A program made the position numbers and the translations under genes. The notes under the pieces are model-generated. The model ran no database searches. It was given only the letters and a program-made list of their open reading frames with translations, and was not told where the DNA came from. Below are positions 38,170-47,255 of a stretch of 47,255 bases of DNA, piece after piece. The DNA is taken from UHGV virus genome UHGV-1361018. One strand, written 5' to 3'. Each line of letters opens with the position of its first letter. The first letter of the stretch is position 1. The stretch is from a virus.

Positions 38170-40504
38170 TGGCTAAAGAAGTCGGCGGAATTGTCTATGA
38201 AGTCGGGATGGATGTTAAAGGCCTGAAAGCTGGCGCAACAACAGCCAACAAGGCTTTAGATGACCTTGAATCATCAACCAACAAAACCACAAATGCGCTT
38301 GGCAAGTTGGATAAAAACGCCAGAAATGCTGGCAACGGGATGAAGAATGCTGGCGGCGCAGCTTCAGGGCTTAAAACCAGCATGTCGATGCTTGCTGGCG
38401 CAATCTCAGTGTCGTTAATCATTGGATGGGGCAAGGCTTTCCTTGATATAGCTGATAACATGACACAGCTACAGGCAAGGATAAAAAGGTTAACAGGAGA
38501 TGCTGAGACCGCGAAGGAAACCTTCAATTCGCTGACAAACATCGCCTCAACCACTGGCGCAAGCCTAAGTGATACCACAAAGCTATGGGAAACATTAACT
38601 TCATCACTGAAAGAGGCAGGCGCGACAAACGCGCAGGTTCTTAACCTTACAGATACCCTGCAAAAAATAGGTCGAATCGGCGGGTCATCAACTGAAGAAA
38701 TGGCTAACGCCCTGCGTCAGTTCGGTCAGTCAATCGCTTCTGGCACAATCCGTGCAGAAGAATTTAACTCTATCCTTGAGCAGATGCCTGAACTTGCGCG
38801 CCAGATAGCGGCAGGTCTTGGCATCTCAATGGGTGAACTTCGCGCCAGAATGCTTGACGGCAAGTTGACGGCAGAAGATGCGCTAAATGCCATTCAGGAC
38901 AGAACAAGCGTAGTCAATGCTGAGTTCGCAAAACTACCGCGCTCTATATCTCAGGCTACTGGCAGTCTTGAAACATCATTTGCAAAAATGATAGCAAGCA
39001 TAAACGAAGCAACCGGAGCCAGTTCCACTTTTGTTTCTGTTATTGATTCCATCACTTCAGCAATAAACAGACTTACTGGCCAATCTGCAAGTGCGGCAGA
39101 GGTTATTTCTGATTTGACGTCAACTGCCGAAATGTTCAGTCGCAGGGCGAGAACTTGGTCATGGGTTGGCATTGATGGATGGGCGGCACAAAATCAGGCA
39201 ATAGCGGCGTTAGCAAATCAGGCTGCAACTTTGGTTTCAGACATGGATGCCGTAACGAAGTCAACAGGAGAAGCAGCAGAAGCGCAGTCGCATTTGACAG
39301 TGCCGCAAACACCACCAAAAGACGGGAAAGGAAAGGGCAAAAGCGCCGAAGAAAGACAAGCTGAGTCAGTAGCTGAAAAGCTGGAGAAATTACGCCAGCA
39401 AACCATGCTCAATGCCACATCTACCAGCGAACTATCCCGCGAACAAGCCATTCTCAACGCGCAGCAATCACTTGGCAAAGCTGCCACTCAGGAGCAGATA
39501 AAACTGGCTGGTGAGTACGCTGCTAAGATTTGGGACCAGAAGAATGCGCTGAAGGAACAGGCGAAAGCGGAGAAGGAAAGGATAGATGCAGTAAAAGGTT
39601 ACAGCGCATTAAAATCGCAAACCTCACCAATGTTTGCTGTTGAAACGTCATATCAGAAGGATATGGCTGATTTGGATGCGTATGCCAAAGCATATCCTCA
39701 AAAGATGGCAGAGATACAGCAAACCAGAGCCACCATTGAAGAGCAGTACAGACAGCAAAGAATTGAAGCAATGTGGCAGGAATGGAGCCAGCAGAACGCA
39801 GCCACACAAGCAGCCGCAGCAGCTTTTGATGCTTTCGGGCAGACTGCTGGAAACGCGTTAACTGGCATCCTCACTGGCTCAATGTCTGTATCAGATGCGC
39901 TGCGATCAATTGGTTCAAATATTCTGTCAAGTGTTATCAATGCGTTTGTGCAAATGGGTATCCAGTGGGCGCAGTCGGTGATAATGGGTCAAGCTGGCAT
40001 GGCGGCAGCTTCTGCTGCAACAATTGCTCAAGCTGCGGCAATATCGGCCGCAATGGCTCCCGCCGCGGCAATGACATCTCTCGCAACTGCTGGCACAAAC
40101 TCAGCGCCCGCTATGGCTGGCATGTCTGCAACTGTTGGTCTTGCAAAAACGTTATCCATTGCTGGCGCTCTGAAAAACGGTGGTCCCGCGCAGGAAGGTT
40201 CAATGTACCGCGTCGGCGAGAATAACCTTCCTGAGATATTCCAGGCATCAAACGGTCATCAGTACATGATACCGGGCGATAGTGGTCGTGTTATTAGCAA
40301 CAAAGACATTACCGGAGGTAGCAGTGGCGTTGTGGTTTATAATAACGTGATAAATAACAGTTCAGCACAGGTTAGCAGCAGCGCCAGAGATAACGGTGAC
40401 GGCAGTGTGACGATTGAGACGATTGTGAGTGATATAGAAAACAACGGCCCCATTGGGCAAAGCATTAGTCGCAACTACTCAGCAAACCGGAGAGCAACAG
40501 AATA

Positions 40505-40505
<1 letters not shown>
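38169..40505 (+). CDS. tail tape measure protein
   Basis: 778 aa, Ala/Gly/Gln-rich with long coiled-coil regions; sits in the tail cluster. Confidence 0.85.
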
Positions 40506-41911
<1,406 letters not shown>

Positions 41912-44333
41912 ATCAAACCTGCCAGCCAGCATTTCAATTGCGGTAAATGGCAGAGTGCTTGGTGAAGATGATGAGCTTTCATTCTGCCTGCGCGATGGCG
42001 ACGTGGTCAACGTTTATTGTCAGCCATCTGGCGCAATTGGCGACCTTATCGGCGCGATACTGAAACCAGTAACGAAGATTTTCTCATTCCTTACTCCGAA
42101 GGTATCCACACCAAAAACTGATACCAGTTCAAAAACGTCACCGAATACCAGCCTTAAAGCGCAAACCAACATTGCACGAAATGGTGAGGCGCGCCCTGAT
42201 AATTTCGGACAGATTCGTGCGTTTCCTGACTTGCTTCAGGAATCATTATTCGAATACATCAATAACATTAAATATGTCACTGAGTTCATGAACTTTGGTC
42301 TCGGCAAATATGATGTCTCTTCCGTGCGTTACTCTGAGTCAAACCTCGGTTCACTGGCTGGTGCGAGCTATACAATTTATCAGCCGGGAGAAGTTATTCC
42401 GGTTGTTCTTGAGCCTTACGCATTTGATGATGTTGATGGGCAGGAGCTGTACGGGCCAAACGACACTAACTCTGTTGTCATTGAGTCGGCTACAACAACA
42501 TCAGTGACCAGCACTGACTTTGCTGGTGGGCAAATAGCTGTAAAAATACCAAAAAATTCCGCTTTCGATTACTTCGTTGATCTGGTTATGCCTCATGATG
42601 TGGTTTTCAAACTAAACATCACTTACGCGCTTGGAGGTGGCGCGTCGGTCACTGAAAACGTCACCTTATCAGGTAGTCTTGTGTCAGCATCAAAAACAGA
42701 TGATGGGAATATTCCACCTGTTGATTACTGGTACACATTTATAATTAATAACATCAACTACTCAGGCGCACCGATATCATCTCTGAATGGCGTAACCATC
42801 AATAACACTTACTTCAACCTTACCGATAACCAACCTCTTGTTTCAGGACCGTATTTCTCACCAATAGAAGGTGATCAGCTGTGGTTCCACTTTGTTGCTC
42901 AATTTGGTGAAGAACAGGGTGCTATTGTCAAGGCTGAGTGGTGGGCCGTGGATGATGATAACGTGCAGATTGCAGGTTCATACCAATCAACCACATATAC
43001 TTTTGTAGCTGGCGGGGCAGATACCTACTATTACACGAGAAAAATAACGCCATCATATGGGAATGCAAGATACGCTGTTCAGTTCACAAGGACCAACAAC
43101 AGCACCCAGCAATCAATCATTCAGCTTGATGAAGTGCATTCAATCGTCACTCGCACCAATGTCTCGTATCCAGATGACACGGTAGTTAAAGTCATTGTCC
43201 GCGCCACAGAGAACGCAACTGGCAGCCGTGACAGGAAGTATAATGCGTTAATCACACGCCACACCATCGGATACAACCGTGATACTGGCGCGGTGCGCTA
43301 CACACTTGCGCCATCACGTAGCTTTGCTGATGCCGTTCTGCATAACTGGCTTATTACCGCTGGCAATCCAGAAAACACGATCGACATAGTGAAGTTGTAT
43401 GAAATTGCCGACAGCCTGCCTGATGAGCGACTTGGTTATTTTGATTACACGTTTGACGATGAAGATAAGAGCATCGGTGAACGTCTGCAAACAATCTGTG
43501 ATGCGGCGCGTGTTACCGCATTCTGGGATGATGGAGTGATGAGCTTCTCGCGTGATGAAAAACGCAAATATCCTGCGACTGTATTTAATACCAGAAACAC
43601 GCAGAGCGACGGATATAAGTTAAGCTACGACGTCAGCCTGCCTGGTACGTTCGACGGCGTTAACGTCGAGTATCGCGACCCAATAACAAATAAGCAGGCC
43701 AATGTTTATTATCGAATTACCGACAGCGGCATTGTCGAGGGCGAACCAACGAAAGCTAAGAAATTCGACATGCTTTATGTTCGCAATCGCTATCAGGCTG
43801 TTGACCGTGCAATCCTTGAATGTCGCAGACTAATTTACTCACGTCGCAGTATGGAAATTAAGGCACTGGCAGATGGCGAATGGGTTAATGTAGGTGACAT
43901 GATTCAGGTCGTCGACATGTATGATGATGTGCAGCAGACTGGCATTATTGAGGCGAGAAACGGAAACGTATTCACAACCAGTGAACAGCTTACTGCTGAT
44001 GATAATCTTTATGTTGTGATCACCAGTTCTGATGGCAGCGTGTCAGACAGATTGCCAGCAACAGTAACCGGATTGCATACATTCACCTGCAACCTGACGT
44101 CTGATTTTCAGCTAAATATCTGGGACGGAACAAATGTGCAATCCGAATCTCGTTACGTTCTGAGCACGGAGAAAGAACTGGATACCACGCTGTGGGTTGT
44201 AAGTCAAAAGAATCCGGGAAGCGACGGCACAACAACTCTGACCATGAGCGAATACAGCGACGACATGTACGAATATGCCATCCCGTCATCGTGATACAAT
44301 ATACATCAAATTCACAAAGGAGCATTTATTATA

Positions 44334-46541
44334 ATGGCTACCACACCAACTAATAAACCAATTCCGTCAGAAGACCCTCGCGACCTGAAATTTAATGCCG
44401 GGAAGATTGACGAGGTTGTCAACTCTGACGCGCATTACTATACCGATCGCTTTGGCGTACGCCGCTGGACAATTGCTGGCTTTCAGTACACCGCAGAAGA
44501 AGCCATCCGTAACTATGGCTATATCACGATGGACAGCTTCGAGGACGGTGCGACACTGACGCTTCCCAATCAGACACTGCGTTATGAAGCAAATGGAGAA
44601 TATTATCGCTGGGATGGGGAGTTTCCAAAAATCGTTCCCGCTGGTTCAACTCCTGAGGATGCTGGCGGTGTTGGTTTAGGTGCATGGATTAGCGTTGGCG
44701 ATGCTTCATTAAGGTCGTGGGTTAATAAAAACACACTAATAATATTTAATAGTGTTTCTGAATTAATATCTGGAATCCTACCATCAGGAGACAGTGCTGC
44801 TTTCAGCGAAGGAATGACTGTAAAAACATATAAAAACAAACATGGAATAAAATCTGAATCAGAATGGTTAATATCAACAACACAAAATAATGCTACATAC
44901 TCCATCCCAATAGCTGGTGGTTTTAATGCCAATTTGATTGTAAAAGATAGTATGGGTTATGATGAATTTGGTTTCGGAGGGCAAGACGCAGATGAAAACT
45001 CGGCAGCAGTAGATGAAGCAAACAGAGTTGCAAGGGCTAACAGTATAATATCTAAGCTATCGTTTCCTTCCGGAAGTTATCTATCAAATACAATCAACCT
45101 TGATGTTGATCGTCGAGGATTTACTTTTTCCGGTGCCGGAAATGACGCAACAATAATCATGTCAACGTCATCTGACATTTCACTGCACCATGTTGGAATT
45201 GATCCGCGTGACAGGAGTAGAGACCGTCTACACTGGCATCAAACCGTCGAAGGGTTCACCGTAAATGGTAACATTTCTGATAATGGGGCCAGCGCAGCAG
45301 CCAGAGCCATCTATACTGCGCCTTATGCTACTGTTCGTAATAAATCAATTGATCACCGTATTAGCAACTACGATCTTTTACATCTTGTTATGTATTGGTA
45401 TGGACACTCACAGGGAACAAAAAACGGCGCTACGGCTACTAAATACGGTGTTCGAGTTCGTAATAACTCCATCGAGTTGATGGGTTACATTGGCAGTAGC
45501 TACAAAACCCAATGTACTTTGTCTATTGAGGGTATGAGCACCACACTGACATCGCCAGCATCTATCAATGACAACACTGTTACTGTTGCAGATGCCTCTG
45601 GTTTTGATACCTGGTTTGAGATTGCTTTTACAAACTCGACGGGCGGTGTTGAGACTCGAAGAATTACAGCAATATCGGGAAACATTATTACTCTTGATCG
45701 AGCAATGACATCTGAGTTCCCTTCCGGGACTAAAGTAGAGGTTCCGATTATTGGAACGTCTGTCATTGCTGCAACTGTTGAAACTGGTGAAATACGCATA
45801 GGAGACAGCCAGGCAACCTTTGTGGCAGGAAACTATAGCGAAGAAGCAAAAATATATGTAACTAAATATCCACGATCTCTGACAATAGCAGGAACTTCAG
45901 TAGCAGAGTCATCGCCATCTATGACAATAGAAGTAGATAAGAGATCGACAATAAAAATTGATAATAATGATGCTACATTTTCTATTGCTGTAAATATCAA
46001 AGATCGTTCAGGTTCCATTGGTGACAGGATTGACCTGTATAACGCGCCGACTATTGATATAAGCATGAGTACGCGTGTTCAGAACCCTATACTTCTGAAC
46101 GGTGTATATGGTTTAAGCAGCCTTAAAATTGAAAAGACATTCGATACAGTTGCGCAGGACAATCGTTTTACCAGAATGAAGTTCACAGGGCTTAACCATA
46201 ACTCTGCTGCCGGTGGTTCAACAGTAGAAGTATTGAAACTTTATCAGGATTCAACACAATACGGATTTGATGGATACACATTTAATCTTGACGTTACTTG
46301 CCGTCGCGACGCTGCATCATCCTTAGCAACACCAGGTATCCTGAAGCGTTATGGAACATCATCTGCTGTGCCTGCCACTCAGAATGCAAGCCCGGTTAGC
46401 CTGTTCTCGGATTTCAACGCAACTTCAGGGTATGATGTATTTATTGGGGCATCAAGTAATAGAGGCACCATTAATGTTAGACCTCATCCAACTGCACAGA
46501 TAAAAGCAACAATCAATGGTGTTGTTACTTCAGTTATATAA
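44334..46541 (+). CDS. tail fibre / tailspike protein
   Basis: 735 aa; RBS AAAGGAG. Conserved-looking N-terminal anchor region followed by an AT-rich C-terminal half. Last structural gene before a terminator. Confidence 0.6.
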   Translation: MATTPTNKPIPSEDPRDLKFNAGKIDEVVNSDAHYYTDRFGVRRWTIAGFQYTAEEAIRNYGYITMDSFEDGATLTLPNQTLRYEANGEYYRWDGEFPKIVPAGSTPEDAGGVGLGAWISVGDASLRSWVNKNTLIIFNSVSELISGILPSGDSAAFSEGMTVKTYKNKHGIKSESEWLISTTQNNATYSIPIAGGFNANLIVKDSMGYDEFGFGGQDADENSAAVDEANRVARANSIISKLSFPSGSYLSNTINLDVDRRGFTFSGAGNDATIIMSTSSDISLHHVGIDPRDRSRDRLHWHQTVEGFTVNGNISDNGASAAARAIYTAPYATVRNKSIDHRISNYDLLHLVMYWYGHSQGTKNGATATKYGVRVRNNSIELMGYIGSSYKTQCTLSIEGMSTTLTSPASINDNTVTVADASGFDTWFEIAFTNSTGGVETRRITAISGNIITLDRAMTSEFPSGTKVEVPIIGTSVIAATVETGEIRIGDSQATFVAGNYSEEAKIYVTKYPRSLTIAGTSVAESSPSMTIEVDKRSTIKIDNNDATFSIAVNIKDRSGSIGDRIDLYNAPTIDISMSTRVQNPILLNGVYGLSSLKIEKTFDTVAQDNRFTRMKFTGLNHNSAAGGSTVEVLKLYQDSTQYGFDGYTFNLDVTCRRDAASSLATPGILKRYGTSSAVPATQNASPVSLFSDFNATSGYDVFIGASSNRGTINVRPHPTAQIKATINGVVTSVI

Positions 46542-46545
46542 CAAA

Positions 46546-46572
46546 AACCCCGCTTCTGCGGGGTTATTTTTA
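46546..46572. terminator. bidirectional terminator
   Basis: AAAACCCCGC-TTCT-GCGGGGTTATTTTTAT. Confidence 0.8.
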
Positions 46573-46575
46573 TCA

Positions 46576-47064
46576 TCAGAATGGTATTGAATCGTCGAAG
46601 TCCATAGGAGGCTCATTGCCTCCTTGTGGGATTTGTTGTTTTGGTGGCTGCTGTTGTTGTCGTTGCGGTTGTTGCCCTGATTGCTGGCGTGGTTGTTGCT
46701 GACCAGAATCATCGCGCTTACCACCAAGCATCTGCATAACGCCACCCATCTGTGGAATAACAATCTCAGTGGTGTATTTGTCCACACCGTTGCTATCAGT
46801 CCACTTGCGAGTGCGAAGCTGGCCTTCTATATAAACCTGAGAACCTTTGCGAAGGTATTCTCCTGCAACCTCAGCAAGTTTTCCGAATATGACCACGCGA
46901 TGCCATTCAGTCTGTTCTTTCTTTTCTCCTGTCTGCTTATCTTTCCACTGCTCAGATGTTGCAACGGAAAGGTTGGCAATTGCAGAACCTGATGCTGAAT
47001 ATTTTACTTCAGGGTCATTACCTAAAGTGCCGACAATAATTACTTTATTTACGCCGCGTGCCAT
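46576..47064 (-). CDS. ssb: single-stranded DNA-binding protein
   Basis: [22 protein letters not shown]...[39 protein letters not shown]... Gln/Pro-rich linker and a C-terminal DFDDSIPF tail, nearly collinear with E. coli SSB. Confidence 0.95.
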   Translation of the reverse strand: MARGVNKVIIVGTLGNDPEVKYSASGSAIANLSVATSEQWKDKQTGEKKEQTEWHRVVIFGKLAEVAGEYLRKGSQVYIEGQLRTRKWTDSNGVDKYTTEIVIPQMGGVMQMLGGKRDDSGQQQPRQQSGQQPQRQQQQPPKQQIPQGGNEPPMDFDDSIPF

Positions 47065-47067
47065 TTA

Positions 47068-47255
47068 TTAAAATCCTTCAATTGGAGTTGGTTTATGTTC
47101 GGTTTTGGTTTCTTCCTGCGGCTCTGGCTGCTGAGGTTGCGGTTTAGCCAGTTTTGCAGGGTCGAAATTATCCTGTGGAGTGATTACAACAGGAGATAAT
47201 TGCTCATCATTGATAAAAGACTCAATGCGATCATATTCAGCAGCAGAAGCAGCGA
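47068..47255 (-). CDS. hypothetical protein, C-terminal fragment (gene continues beyond the window)
   Basis: Open minus-strand frame ending ...KPTPIEGF* immediately upstream of ssb, in the same leftward operon. Confidence 0.35.
   Translation of the reverse strand, partial: AASAAEYDRIESFINDEQLSPVVITPQDNFDPAKLAKPQPQQPEPQEETKTEHKPTPIEGF

Noticed and set aside
38195-39487. Several minus-strand ORFs (127, 73, 60, 89 aa) inside the tape measure gene
   Set aside because: Antisense shadows within a 778-aa gene of obvious tape-measure character.

Overview
This window is almost certainly most of the genome of a virulent, lambda-like-tailed siphovirus of an enterobacterial host. The host call is an inference from an E. 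coli-type SSB ending in DDSIPF, a lambda R-like endolysin, embedded Rz/Rz1 spanins and a lambda-order tail cluster (tape measure, M, L, K, I/J, fibre). The window begins and ends inside one leftward (minus-strand) replication and recombination operon. Going leftward from the right edge and wrapping to the left edge, that operon reads: partial ORF, SSB, Sak4-like ATPase, PD-(D/E)XK exonuclease, VRR-NUC nuclease, SF2 helicase. It continues at the left edge as if the genome were circularly permuted.

The rest of the window, left to right:
- A divergent promoter region, then a zinc-ribbon/Toprim primase, a 543-aa orphan protein, and an iteron-rich putative origin at 7911-8275.
- A rightward block of about 15 small early ORFs.
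- TerS and TerL.
- An inserted leftward island carrying a PAPS-reductase-like PP-loop protein, then portal and a head-morphogenesis protein.
- A leftward island, then a lysis cassette (R-like endolysin, holin, Rz/Rz1).
- Further small-gene islands, including a MazG-like protein, a Lar-like restriction-alleviation protein and a winged-helix protein.
- Scaffold, decoration-like protein and major capsid protein.
- An HNH endonuclease and a 2.9-kb leftward accessory operon. This operon encodes a ParB/DGQHR-like protein, a truncated DnaN (beta-clamp)-like protein, a Cys4 micropeptide and several unknown proteins.
- Connector genes and the major tail protein (Ig-like C-terminus).
- A second leftward island (DUF551-like, small membrane protein), then a tail chaperone-like gene, tape measure, distal tail genes, a gpI/gpJ-like protein and a tail fibre with a compositionally foreign C-terminal half.

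No integrase, repressor, CRISPR array, rRNA or obvious tRNA was seen.

The most interesting signals are:
1. A genome-wide promoter/operator grammar built on TCTACRTCA. It includes a 16-bp palindrome, TGAYGTTTCTACRTCA, and TTGACGTAGATTGA elements at early and accessory promoters. Structural genes instead use extended -10 TGnTAnAAT promoters.
2. The ParB-like plus half-size DnaN-like accessory operon inside the structural module.
3. The PAPS-reductase/ParB(DGQHR) pair, which is reminiscent of DndC/DndB.
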